64,000 bases of DNA from Haliotis cracherodii (taxonomy: Eukaryota), in contig NW_027266297.1 of the NCBI RefSeq assembly GCF_022045235.1, positions 30,752,001 through 30,816,000 of the forward strand. Reading direction: 5' to 3'. Below are positions 49,693-62,865 of the stretch, piece by piece (within the stretch, counting starts at the first letter, position 1; each line of letters begins with the position of its first letter). The notes under the pieces were generated by a model, which was not told the DNA's origin, searched no databases, and saw only the letters and a list, made by a program, of their open reading frames with translations. A program made the translations under genes and the position numbers.

Positions 49693-50315
49693 CCCCGTGG
49701 GTATTCCGGTTTAGAATTATAGGTACCCAGCTGACTGTGCTGGTCGTAATAGATCGGGTGATCACTCTCGTTAACTTGATTATTGCTCACCGTAATCAGA
49801 CGGAGGGAATCGTTCGCATGTCTTGAAAATTTATAAATACTGCATGTAACAAAAAACGCCAAACATTACCACTACCACTGTGGGAATTTCAGTTTAAAAT
49901 ATCCCGGTGCGGGGGCTTTAGTGTTACGTGGTAAGGATTGTTGGTTGATAGAGTGCGCCCTTGATTCTTATGGCTCAACTGGTAAACGTTGTTTTCGCAT
50001 TTGTAGGACATTGAGCTGGAACAAAATTATACAAACATTGCAAGCTATACGCATTCACAAGCATTGCACTCTATACGCATTCACAAACATTGCAATATAT
50101 ACGCATTCTTCCTTTTGTCTTTGCAAATATGCGTTACCTGATCAGATTTGGCAACACCAATAAGACCATCGTTATGCATTCTAGTATATTTTTCCATTGA
50201 AAATGTGTCATGGATTAGTGACATATATTTTTCCCGATACATGTTCATAGTGAATGTCCACCGCACTAACCATATGCTACAAGGCACAGAGAGCTACACA
50301 GAGACATATGACCTT
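48745..50315 (-). pseudogene. Inverted subfamily B paralog lacking the Met-rich domain (pseudogene or remodelled 59-aa ORF)
   Basis: Degenerate signal exon 50315-50271 (tacag|aaggtcatatgtctc...tatg|gttagt, ancestral ATG lost) and last exon from 48913 (atttttgctaccag|gccaagcctctgcaccagcttacccc), frameshifted, with the Met block deleted. Confidence 0.8.
48955..49691. repeat. Compound (TAC)n/(TGC)n/(CAC)n microsatellite with higher-order repeats, in the intron of the inverted paralog
   Basis: Visible; recurring block ctattgctgttgttgctactact. Confidence 0.95.
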
Positions 50316-50776
50316 CTGTAAAATGTACAGTTTTACACTAGCATCCCTCAGTATCCAGTGAAGTAGTTCATGTAAATTTCTGAAAATGTTTTCAATATGA
50401 TAATAATATATACATACACAAAACATGAATGTTTGCTCATAATACAAATTAACGCACTGTAAATACATTTTAATGCCCTGAAATGTCTTGAGTGAGTGAG
50501 TGAATTCAATGTTTTGGCTTCAACAGTTTGAACTATCGAGATTACACTGTACATATAAGGGGCAAGGTGAGTCAAGAACGAAGTGATTCCGACTTTGCCA
50601 CATTGATGACATCCACCAGCTCGGTATCGTGATGGCAAACAAGATAAGTTATTATCAGGGATAATAATCATGTTGCATTCAAACCAACAATCCTCGGATT
50701 CTGTCACGCCTAAGGTACGCAACTCTACACAATTCTGCGTTCATATACATATAACAATCTATTTAATCAAAATGTC

Positions 50777-50935
50777 TGAGTGAGAATATGGTTTTACGTC
50801 GCTTTTAGCAATATTCCAGCAATATCACGGCGGGAGTCACCAGAATGGCCTTCACACATTGTACCCATGTCGGGAATCGAACCCAGGTCATCGTCGAGAC
50901 GAGCTAACGCTTTAGCCACTAGATTACCCGACCGC
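50777..50935 (-). mobile_element. S1 SINE
   Basis: S1 consensus, diverged. Confidence 0.8.
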
Positions 50936-51930
50936 ATACTGTCAACATAAATTGATGTACATTTAGGTAAAAGTGACTGAACATGGGTTTATGACGTTTT
51001 TAGCAATATCCAAGCCATATCACCGCGGTTTTTAGAAAAATCATATTTTTATCATTCTTTTTGTTTATGAAATTTTCAAGCGTTTTCTATTCGATATGAA
51101 TAATTATTTTACCACTCAGCATAATAGAAGGTGCGGATTCGAACAAGATAGCATTAGTTTTATGTTCAGAAATCAATACCCGTCAGTATAAATAGTCTGT
51201 TTTGAATAGACTCTTATTTAACATTAGAAAGTCTATTTGGATCCAAGTTTTGGACCTGTCACGATTATCCGACGAAAAGATACTATTACAAACTGGCGGT
51301 GAAAAGCATAGAATGGATCATAGAATAGACTAGAAGTCACCAGTTGTTTGCGTACTTATGACTTTGAATATACATCTGAGCAAGGAATTGTGTGTCATAC
51401 AATATTAAAGACATCTTACATATCACGTACTTGTTTAACATCATTAAAAGTTTGAACATATATTGCTACAAAATAACCTAACACAGTATAAACTTCCAAC
51501 ACTTAGCCATTAAAATAACATGTTCACTGCAGTTGCTTATAGCGTAACACGAAAAAACAGATCACAAACACAATGGCCTTTTTGTACACATCAATAAATC
51601 CTTTACAATGATAGTATTTATATTTGAGACTTGCAAACAGCCGTCAAGGTTAAGATTCCGATGGTATTCTAAATCCCCAAAACTACTACATTCATTAAAG
51701 CAAGAATAATTTTTAAGAACATCAGATTTCCTGTTTATCAACTTAAAGGGACATAAATGGCATATCAATCATCTATCATAACACTCGTGTCACCCTTGTA
51801 GTATTACAAAACGGCTTGAACGGTTTACTCATAGTGTATTACATGAGGTCTGTTTCACGCATAGGTAATACGGTCATAGATCATTTGTGTAAGAGTATAC
51901 ACGTTATTGCTGATTCCGTAACGTATGGTT

Positions 51931-52018
51931 TATAAACTGCAGCTGAGCTGGTGATAGTATCATTGGCTTCATTAGTTACAGTAGCACTCCAGTTCGGTAC
52001 AGGGACAATCCAAGCCAG
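51931..52018 (+). promoter_or_regulatory. TATA box and non-coding exon 1 of B2
   Basis: TATAAA 51931-51936; donor cag|gtaaat after 52018; block nearly identical in B3. Confidence 0.65.
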
Positions 52019-52216
52019 GTAAATTCTTTTGTTTATTAGCTATGATGATACATACATATTTATACATTGGCTAGTTTTACTGAAATATCGGAATGCAACA
52101 CTGTTGTTACTGATATAGCTGTGTTGCATTCATGAACATGAAATAAATGCAATTAATATTGTTTGAGAATGCATGTTAAGAATTCTAAACTATACAAAGT
52201 ATATTTTTCAGACAAA

Positions 52217-53151
52217 ATGAAGATCATATGCCTTTGCATAGCTCTCTTTGGCGCTGCAGCCAATGGTAAGTAAATACTCGCGTATACATATATACATTAC
52301 AAATATTAACCGCATATCTTTATCTGTGCGAATTAATCAATTGAATAATTATATATAAGTACAGTTTGTGTTGCGAGTACAGTTCATGAATGTTCTTAAA
52401 GATAAGACACTGTGCACAATTCTGTTGCAATATCATAACTCTCATCATTCTTTTCCAGCTCAAAGTACTGCACACGCTTATAACAACATCAACCAGTTTA
52501 GTTTCCCTCCAATGAACAGCCATCACAGTCAAGGCAACACTGTATCCACGGCATATGGTTACCATGGTAACAGTATGTCCACCAAGAACGGTAACCAAGG
52601 TAATTCTGTTTCCAAAGACAACGGTTACAAAGACAACAAGTGATAGTGGTAGTTGTAGTGGTAGTAATAGTAGAAGTAATGGTAGTAGTAGTAGCAGTAG
52701 CAGTTAAACGATATAAGGAAAGTAATATTAGTGTAAGTAAACGATAACTCACATGAAACATCATTTGCTTGCAGCTCAAGCACCTGCACCAGCTTATCCC
52801 TCGACGAATACCAACGCTTACCCAATGTCAAACAACTACGCCTACCAAGCGAATGGTTACAGTGGTTACCAAAGCAGCGCCGCGTCCACTGCAACTGGTT
52901 ACAAGAGCAACACCAACAACATCAACTCTTACATGCTTCCTATGATGATGGGTATGGATCAAGGAAGTCAACTGGCAACTCTCGGAATGATGATGAACTC
53001 GAGGCAGGGCAACAACATGCTCCCCTTCTACATGATGAACCAAGGGTATGAGAACATGCTGCCCATGATGGCCTTCATGAACCGCGGCACCCAGAGAGGC
53101 CAGATGATGAACCCCTTCATGATGATGACTCTTCATGAAGCGATGAACTAA
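52217..53151 (+). CDS. Met-rich secreted protein, subfamily B copy B2 (188 aa)
   Basis: Exons 52217-52265 (MKIICLCIALFGAAAN) + 52459-52599 (QSTAHAY...KNGNQ, donor caag|gtaatt) + 52775-53151 = 567 nt in frame; AATAAA 53304-53309. Confidence 0.88.
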
Positions 53152-53664
53152 AGAATTGACTAAACTGTGGTGTAATATTTGAGTGAACACAAGGGGTTTA
53201 TTATTTATGTATGTTTATTAGATGGTATCCCATGATGCACTCTCAAAACATTGATATCACGAACTATTTATTGACTAATTTATGAAACAATAATAATTTA
53301 TTGAATAAACTTTCTTGAATCATATATGCTATATGTTTGTTGTTTTAAACCTACATACCACACGTGAACAATTGATGATACCGTTACGTTACATTCGTTC
53401 AAACACTCATTCACTTAACCGGGATCATGAACAGCGGCAACAAGAGAGGCTTCCGCATTAACGTGACAATACATTTACAGTGTCGCCGTATTGATGATAC
53501 TGTTCATACGTTCATTCTTTATGATTAATTCAAAACGTGGAGGCACAAAAAGCGACAGAACCCTTTTCATATCCAATAGAAATCTCGAGTCTCGAGTCGA
53601 GTACAATTCCGACTAAATCATGAGCATGTGTTTATGAATCACTCTCAAATAGTAATGATACCAG

Positions 53665-53771
53665 GGACCCGCTCCACAAAGCGATCTTAGCGCTACGACT
53701 GTCGTAAGCCTATGTTTAAGTATGGGAGTTACGATCATCTTACCGCTAAGATCGCTTTGTGGAACCGGGCC
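53665..53771. mobile_element. 107-bp MITE (Harbinger-like, CAG target duplication)
   Basis: TIRs ggacccgctccacaaagcgatcttagcg / cgctaagatcgctttgtggaaccgggcc; empty site in the B3 unit at ~60600. Confidence 0.8.
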
Positions 53772-54989
53772 CAGGTGAGCGTATCCTGCCCCACCGGTGG
53801 CAATCGTCACAAACACATGCAAAGGTAAGTCAATTGTTCATCTAAAAACACACGGGAACATATGGCACAAGTCAAAATAGGGAATTTCAGGGACATCATT
53901 TTGGTCACTAATGCTTCAGATTTGAAAATGTCTTCCACATGTCTACCATAAAACGTTTTGAAAGCTTTACTTTTCAAGCACAGTGGCAACTAGAATGGCT
54001 GAGCATTTACGATACGAATGAGACGAACCATATAAAAATAGGAAGTATTTACAGATGTGTATACTCGTATGAGATCGATCTCTGTTTCTACATTCTATAT
54101 TATACAATGTAAACGAGTCGTTTATTTGAAACATAATTTAAGAGTAAGGAAGTACTTTTGATGGAGTCTTTTGAAAAGTATTCACTACTAAGACAGATAG
54201 ATTGTTTCAGCATCTTACCTTGACGGTGAGTTGATGAGGTGACATGGGATGAAGGGTATTATTTCTTATTATATAGCTACGTGCATCCACGTTTGTGTGA
54301 GTGTGTGTGTCTGCTTGTACTAGCCAGGACTAATTCCGATTTGATATTGCTCTCCCACTGAGATGCCATACCACAGTTAACATGAAGACCCCACTCAGAC
54401 ACAGTATACTGACTCCGAGGTCGCGGTCTGTGCCCTAAGGGTATTGCAGTTGTTTACCAACATTTCCATTCCCATAACCCGTTACAAGCCGATATTTAAT
54501 ATAAGGGCAAATTAGATGTAAAAGGTATATGAACGGACCACTGAAAATCAGTGATGACAGCAGGTATTGGTGAATAGGATAGCATGACTTTCCTGCTCCG
54601 CTGGTAGCACCCGCCACTCACACAATTTGCATACAAAGTAAGTATCTTTTGCCTGATGCCGCACAGCAGTACGCCTGACACGCGACGACAAACTGTTAAC
54701 AAACCAAACAATCAAGTGGTCGAGAAAATCCTGTGACACAATAGTGCATTTACCCATTTTGTTGAGACTAAAAAGAAACCGGCATGTTCATTTTTTGAAT
54801 TACATCTGCTGTGTACAAGTGCAAAGATTCTGCTGCTTATGAGAAAAGAAAAACGTTGAAGAAATTAATGTATTCATTTATCAACACAGTGGGGGCTGTT
54901 TTGATGTCTCGGCCCAAACATTTGTTTTGTAGCTGACTCAGCATTGATAAATGCTACTGAAAAAAAATATTATCATGCAATGTACTCTG

Positions 54990-55765
54990 GTATCAACACG
55001 ACAAACTTAAGGAAAAACAAACGGGGTTGCTGTAAATAGAGTTACATCTGTGTTACGTTTGGGAATAGGACATTCAGGCAAGAAGTAGGCACTCCATGTC
55101 CTCCGTTTATGCTCCCCTCCTTGCTGACCTGTTTCTTTATGCATACGAGTCTCAATTTCTTTTCGGATTGGCCAAATCTAAACAAGGAAATTGGCCAACA
55201 AGTTTATCTTTAACTTCAGGTGTATCCATCATCTGATATCGTTCTATAAATAGTCAGTGACAAGTCAATATTTAGATCTATGCATGAAGATCCAGAGTGA
55301 CAAAATCTATACACGAGACTGTATGACAAGAGGGATGCTTTCAACTTTCCCTTTTTGTCGAGCAATATTCCAGCAGCTCCAGCTTTTAGTTTCTACTTTG
55401 GTGTACTTTTGAGGTTCAATCGAGCATACTTTTTCCACGAAGATTTCAAAGAGCGCCATACGACTCTTGCTGAGAGTTGTTTGATCTGGGTTACAACAGT
55501 CAAGGCCTTAGAAAAGCTTTCAAAACGTTTTATGGAAGACTTTTGGAAAACATTTTCCAATTTGACGCATCAGTGAAAAAAATGATGTCCGACCCAATTT
55601 TCTGTTTTGACTTTTACCATAATGTCCCCGTGTTTGACAGTTGACTTGCCTTTGCATGTGTTTGTGACGCGTGCCACTGGTGGGTCAGAATACGCTCACG
55701 TTTTCGCAAGCACATGGTATCATCACTATTTGATAGTGATTCATCAACACATGCTCATGATGTAG
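54990..55765 (+). mobile_element. Decayed Naiad-like Penelope RT (motif B to 3' end)
   Basis: FRQEVG...APLLADLFLYAYESQF, LYDKRDAFNF, SSNIPAAPAF; duplicate at 62100-62865. Confidence 0.75.
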
Positions 55766-56695
55766 AACCTGAGATTTATTTGTATACAATGACTTTCAGA
55801 CCATATCGTTCAGTATTTATATGTGTATGCCCATTACGGAACAATGAAAATTGAAAATGAATATCTCCATTTATCCCTTCTATTATGACAAAAACAATAC
55901 CTCTCATCTTTTATATTTGTCTGAAACACTTAAAATGAAACTCTTCCTCACAAATGAAATAAAGTTATGCATATATACCATGTCTACAGGAAGCACATTA
56001 TAACGATAGGCGCAAGGATAATACAAGTATTATATTGTACATATTTTGAACTTATGTATATGGTCCGGTGGCCTAGAATACAATATGCTTCAAGACTATT
56101 TCTCGATCAGGTTTACTAAATAAGATGATACTCCTACGATACAGGCTTCAGAATATATACCATATATGTGAATTCCCTCAATAAATTACAGACACCATGT
56201 TGTATATTATATAAAACACCTCATAAACTGCATCACGTGACAAAGAGGCCCCCCATGTCAGCGACTGTCAATGTGCCCATCACTCCCTCTTGTTGTGTTG
56301 TAATACAACATTACAGGGATACCTAGACGCATTCGTGGCATGATACCTGAGTCTTATGTTTTTTTATTCATATTGAATACAATCATGTGGACATCCGTCG
56401 TTCCTCTGAAGCTGTTAAGGTATATCTAACTTACCAGTGAGATTACACAGAACGTGTTGTTCGTAGTATGTTTAAAACAGCATTGATTTCGTTAGAACGA
56501 TTTACGAATATTTTTTAGAAGACCAACATTTTGATTTACAAATATAAATAAATCTGTAACAGGCATTGAGTTATATTATATACACTTATTATTTATGTGT
56601 GGTAGATAGTTTCTGATAGTATTTAGGATCCATAAATAAATGTGACTCATTTTGTTATATCAGTATCAGAACCTATCAAGTATCTAAAAGTATTC

Positions 56696-56865
56696 GGGGC
56701 GGTCGGGTATCTTCGTGGTTAAAGCGTTCGCTCGTCACGCCGAAGACCTGGGTTCGATTCCCGATATGGGTACAATGTGTGAAGCCCATTTGTGGTGTCC
56801 CCCGCCGTGATATTGCTGGAATATTGCTAAAAGTGGCGTAAAAATCTAACTCACCCATTCACTCT
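56696..56865 (+). mobile_element. S1 SINE
   Basis: S1 consensus; paralog at 63800-63967. Confidence 0.85.
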
Positions 56866-58038
56866 GAACGTGTTGGTGAAGACAAATGGGATTTAACCTC
56901 TCTGTTCAAGATTATTTTACTTTTAAAGCACATACAATCCATTGAATAGTGGTCTAAAGTAGGTATCCGGGTTCAAGGTGATGCATATTTTATGCATATA
57001 ACAAACTATTTAATGAAAATGTCTGAACATAGTTTCAACAATTCATATTGATGTACATTTCGGAAAAGGTGAATTAGTGAGTGAGTTTGGTTTGTTGACG
57101 CTTTTAACAATATAGCAGCAATATCACAGTGGATTTTAGAACATTAACATTTTAAAATTTCTTTTGGTTAAAGAATTGTACAAGATGTAAACAGCATTGT
57201 CAATAATTTTGTATTCGATTTGAAGGAATATATTAGCACTCAAACTATTTAAAGATTCCATCAGTTTTATGTTCAGAAATATATACCCGTCTTTATAAGT
57301 AGTCTGTTTTAAGTTTTATTAAACCTTAGAAAGCCTATATGAGTCCATATTTTTCGAACCAAAATCCTTTTGGCGTAAAAGGCAAACTAGGGCTAAAAAG
57401 TATATAAAGGGATATCTGAAAATCAGTGAAGTCATCAAGTGTTTGCGAACTTATGGAAATGAATTATGTCTCATATCACATTTAAGACAACTCATATATT
57501 ATGTACTTGTTTAAAACATTTAAAGTTTTAAATATGTTTCTACAATATAGCCTGAAACAGCATGTACTTCGAATCCTCATCCATAAGAATAACATGTTTA
57601 TTGCAGTTGCTTATAGCGTAACACAACAAAAGAACCCTTTACAAACACATTGGCTTTATTTTACAAATAAAAAAATACTTCAAAGTGATAGACCTTTTAT
57701 TTAAGACTTGCAAACAACCGTCAACGAACTTAAGGGAAAGCTTCCAATGACATTCTGAATTCCCTAAATTACTACAATCATGGTAGGTCGAATCCCACAA
57801 ACATATTAATTAGGAACATCTGAGTATTTGTTAAACAATTAAATGTAATCGCGACATGAGTAGTACATGGATATCAATCACCCATAATAGCACTCGTGTC
57901 AACCTTGTATTATTACAAAACAGCGTGAAGCGCCGACTGACACCTTGTAGTGTATTACGTGTGGTCAATTTGACTCGTAGTTAATACCATCTTAGGCAAG
58001 TTGTGTTGCACTTATTGCTGATTCCGTAACGTATGGTT

Positions 58039-58126
58039 TATAAACTACAGCTGAGCTGGTGATAGTATCATTGGCTTCATTAGTTACAGTAGCACTCTAG
58101 TTCGATACAGGGACAATCCAAGCCAG
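58039..58126 (+). promoter_or_regulatory. TATA box and exon 1 of B3
   Basis: TATAAA 58039-58044; donor after 58126. Confidence 0.65.
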
Positions 58127-58457
58127 GTAAATTCTTTGGTTTTATCAGCTATGATGATACATACATATTTATAAATTGGCTAGTTTTATTGATATTTGTG
58201 AATGTTAGACTATTACTTCTGATATAGCTGTGTTGTATTCATGAACGTAAAACTATTACAATTAATATAGTTTAGAGAATGCATGTTAAGTGTGAAGATT
58301 AGCCAATATAAATGTTTGAGAAGTGCCGTGTATTTAACTCGAACGTTCATTTGTATTTTCCAGCATCTTAGTACAAAGCAGTACCAAAACGTTTACAGAC
58401 GAATTTATGACAGTAAATCAGAATTCTAAAATTTACAAAGTATATTTTTCAGACAAA

Positions 58458-59568
58458 ATGAAGATCATATGCCTCTGTATTGCTCTCTTTGGCGCTGCAG
58501 CCAATGGTAAGTAAATATTCGTGGATACATCTATGCATTACAAATATAACCTACATATCTTTATCTGTGCGAATTAATCAATTGCACAATATGCACTCAC
58601 CACCAAAAGATACGCAAATTCCATACATGTTGGTTAATACATGAAGGCTTACTCATATTTAAGAGATAGTAGATGTGTTCGATCCACAAAGGAACATACT
58701 GTTATGTTAAGTGAACCGATGCTTATGAACGCATAACATGTGACGTCATAGAAACATGTCTCGAGAAGCACCATTTGTCTCGTGCAGGATTAGCGTGTCA
58801 AGTTTGGAAATCACGTGCAGCATATCTTGAAAGCAATGAAGACACTCTGTGGTAACACTTGACTGATTGTTAGTTTAACATTAATTGGTGTACATTCTTA
58901 ACGAACATACTTCTCTATATGTTTCTTTGGTTCGTGTTTCTTTTATCGGTGAGTATATACACGTATCGTTTGTGTTGCGAATACAGTTCATGAATATTCT
59001 CAAAGATAAGACACTGTGCACAGTTCTGTTGCAATATCATAACTCTCATCATTCTTTTCCAGCTCAAAGTACTGCACATGCTTATAACAACGTCAACCAG
59101 TTTAGTTTCCCTCCAACGAACAGCCATCACAGTCAAGGCAACACTGTATCCCCGATATATGGTTACCATGGTAACAGTTTATCCACCAACAACGGTAACC
59201 AAGGTAATTCAGTTTACAATAACACAGCAGTTGTAAAGGCAGCTAGTGATAGTTGTAGTAGTTGTAGTTGTGGTAGTGGTAGCGGGAGTGGTTGTTGTTG
59301 TTGTTTATTTAACACCGCACTCAACAATATTCCAGCTATATGTCGGCGGTCTGTAAATAATCGATTTTGGACCAGACGAACCAGTGATTGACACCATGGG
59401 CATCGATCTACGAAAATGGGATACGATGACATGCATCAAAAGAGTCAGCGAGTCTGAACACCCGATCGCATTAGTCGCCTCTTTCGACAAGCAGAGTCGC
59501 CTCTTACGGCAAGGGTTGCTGAAGACCTATTCTAACCCGGATTTTAACGTGTCTCATTGGTAGTAGAT

Positions 59569-59608
<40 letters not shown>

Positions 59609-60083
59609 CAGTAGCAGCAGCAGCAGCAGCAGTAACAGTAGCAGATAAATGATATAAGGAAAGTAATATTAGTATAAGTAAACGATAAACATTTTTTTGC
59701 TACCAGCTCAAGCACCTGCACCAGCCTACCCCACGACGAATACCAACGCTTACCCAATGTCAAACAACTACGCCTACCAAGCAAATGGTTACAGTGGTTA
59801 CCAAAGCAGCGCCGCGTCCACTGCAACTGGTTACAAGAGCAACACCAACAACATCAACTCTTACATGCTTCCTATGATGATGGGTATGGATCAAGGAAGT
59901 CAAATGGCAACTCTCGGAATGATGATGAACTCGAGGCAGGGCAACAACATGCTCCCCTTCTACATGATGAACCAAGGGTATGAGAACATGCTACCCATGA
60001 TGGCCTTCATGAACAGCGGCAACCAGAGAGGCCAGAGGATGAACCCCTTCATGATGATGACTCTTCATGAAGCGATGAACTAA
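58458..60083 (+). CDS. Met-rich secreted protein, subfamily B copy B3 (188 aa)
   Basis: Exons 58458-58506 + 59063-59203 + 59707-60083 = 567 nt, all phase-1 GT-AG introns; AATAAA 60236-60241. Confidence 0.88.
58594..58955. mobile_element. ~360-bp Tc1/mariner-like MITE in intron 2 of B3
   Basis: Imperfect TIRs cactcaccaccaaaaga / tcttttatcggtgagta at a TA-rich site; absent in B2. Confidence 0.55.
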
Positions 60084-62099
60084 AGAATTGACTAAACTGT
60101 GGTGTAATATTTGAGTGAACACAAGGGGTTTATTATTTATGTATGTTTATTAGATGGTATCCCATGATGCACTCTCAAAACGTTTATATCACGAACTATT
60201 TATTGACTAATTTATGAAACAATAATAATTTATTGAATAAACTTTCTTGAATCATACATGCTATATGTTTGTTGTTTTAAACCTATATACCACACGTGAA
60301 CAATTGATGATAACCGTTACGTTACATTCGTTCAAACAAACTCATTCACTAAATCTAGATCATGAACAGCGGCAACAAGAGAGGCTTCCGCATTGACGTG
60401 ACAATACATGTCGCCGTATTGATAATACTGTTCATAACGTTCATTCCTCATGATTAATTCACAAAGTGGAGGCACAAAAAGCGACAAAACCCTTAATAGT
60501 TTCCATATCCAATAGAAATCTCTACACAAAGCAGAGTCGAGTACCATTCCGACTAGATCATGAGCATGTGTTTATGATTCACTCTCAAATAGTAATGATA
60601 CCAGGTGAGCGTATCCTGAACCACCGGTGGCATCCGTCACAAACATATGCAAAGGTAAGTCAATTGTTCATCTAAAAACACACGGGAACATATGGCACAA
60701 GTCAAAATAGGGAATTTCAGGGACATCATTTTGGTCACTGATGCTTCAGATTTGAAAATGTCTTCCACATGTCTACCATAAAACGTTTTGAAAGCTTTAC
60801 TTTTCAAGCACAGTGGCAACTAGAATGGCTGAGCATTTACGATACGAATGAGACGAACCATATAAAAATAGGAAGTATTTACAGATGTGTATACTCGTAT
60901 GAGATCGATCTCTGTTTCTACATTCTATATTATACAATGTAAACGAGTCGTTTATTTGAAACATAATTTAAGAGTAAGGAAGTACTTTTGATGGAGTCTT
61001 TTGAAAAGTATTCACTACTAAGACAGATAGATTGTTTCAGCATCTTACCTTGACGGTGAGTTGATGAGGTGACATGGGATGAAGGGTATTATTTCTTATT
61101 ATATAGCTACGTGCATCCACGTTTGTGTGATTATGTGTGTCTGCTTGTACTAGCCAGGACTAATTCCGATTTGATATTGCTCTCCCACTGAGATGCCATA
61201 CCACAGTTAACATGAAGACCCCACTCAGAAACAGTATACTGACTCCGAGGTCGCGTCTGTGCCCTAAGGGTATTTCAGTTGTTTACCAACATTTCCATTC
61301 CCATAACCCGTTACAAGCCGATATTTAATATTTTGACGTGACTGGTTGATTATGTCCCTTTCGTCATTATAGTGTAACGTTTAGGGGACCCGTTTCACAA
61401 AGCAATCACAGTGCTACGACATTATTAACTCCAAGTTCTACCAAGTTCTAATTAAGACTGGAACTATTAGCATCTCAGATCTTTCGATGTAATAAAACAA
61501 CACACGTTTATTGTACGTTCCGTAACCGACGTAAATACAAATTGTTAATGCGAGATAATAAAGTACTAGCCTAGATTCTCCACAGAAAAAGATGCCATTT
61601 GGCGTAAAGGGCAAATTAGATATAAAAGGTATATGAATGGACCACTGAAAATCAGTGATGACAGCAGGTATTGGTGAATAGGATAGCATGACTTTCCTGC
61701 TCCACTGGTAGCACCCGCCACTCACACAATTTGCATAAAAAGTAAGTATCCAGAACTTGATGCCGCACAGCAGTACTCCTGACACGCGACGACAAACTGT
61801 TAACAAACCAGACAATCAAGTGGTCGAGAAAATTCCGTGACACAATAGTGCATTTACCCATTTTGTTGAGACTAAAAAGAAACCAGCATGTTCATTTTTT
61901 GAATTACATCTGCTGTGTACAAGTGCAAAGATTCTGCTGCTTATGAGAAAAGAAAAACGTTGAAGAAATTAATGTATTCATTTATCAACACAGTGGGGGC
62001 TGTTTTGATGTCTCGGCCCAAACATTTGTTTTGTAGCTGACTCAGCATTGATAAATGCTACTGAAAAAAATATTATCATGCAATGTACTCTAGTATCAA

Positions 62100-62865
62100 C
62101 ACGACAAACTTAAGGAAAAACAAACGGGGTTGCTGTAAATAGAGTTACATCTGTGTTACGTTTGGGAATAGGACATTCAGGCAAGAAGTAGGCACTCCAT
62201 GTCCATCGTTTATGCTCCTCTCCTTGCTGACCTGTTTCTTTATGCATACGAGTCTCAATTTCTTTTCGGATTGGCCAAATCTAAACAAGGAAATTGGCCA
62301 ACAAGTTTAACTTTAACTTCAGGTGTATCCATCATCTGATATCGTTCTATAAATAGTCAGTGAAAAGTCAATATTTAGATCTATGCATGAAGATCCAGAG
62401 TAACAAAATCTATATACGAGACTGTATGACAAGAGGGATGCTTTCAACTTTCCCTTTTTGTCGAGCAATATTCCAGCAGCTCCAGCTTTTAGTTTCTACT
62501 TTGGTGTACTTTTGAGGTTCAATCGAGCATACTTTTTCCACGAAGATTTCAAAGAGCGCCATACGACTCTTGCTGAGAGTTGTTTGATCTGAGTTACAAC
62601 AGTCAAGGCCTTAGAAAAGCTTTCAAAACGTTTTATGGTAGACTTTTGGAAAACATTTTCCAATTTGACGCATCAGTGAAAAAAATGATGTCCGACCCAA
62701 TTTTCTGTTTTGACTTTTACCATAATGTCCCCGTGTTTGACAGTTGACTTGCCTTTGCATGTGTTTGTGACGCGTGCCACCGGTGGGTCAGAATACGCTC
62801 ATGTTTTCGCGAGCACATGGTATCATCACTATTTGATAGTGATTCATCAACACATGCTCATGATG
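62100..62865 (+). mobile_element. Decayed Naiad-like Penelope RT
   Basis: Duplicate of 54990-55765. Confidence 0.75.

Noticed and set aside
49029-49826. Poly-Leu/Thr/Tyr/Ser/Val ORFs
   Set aside because: Translations of an intronic (TAC)n compound microsatellite.
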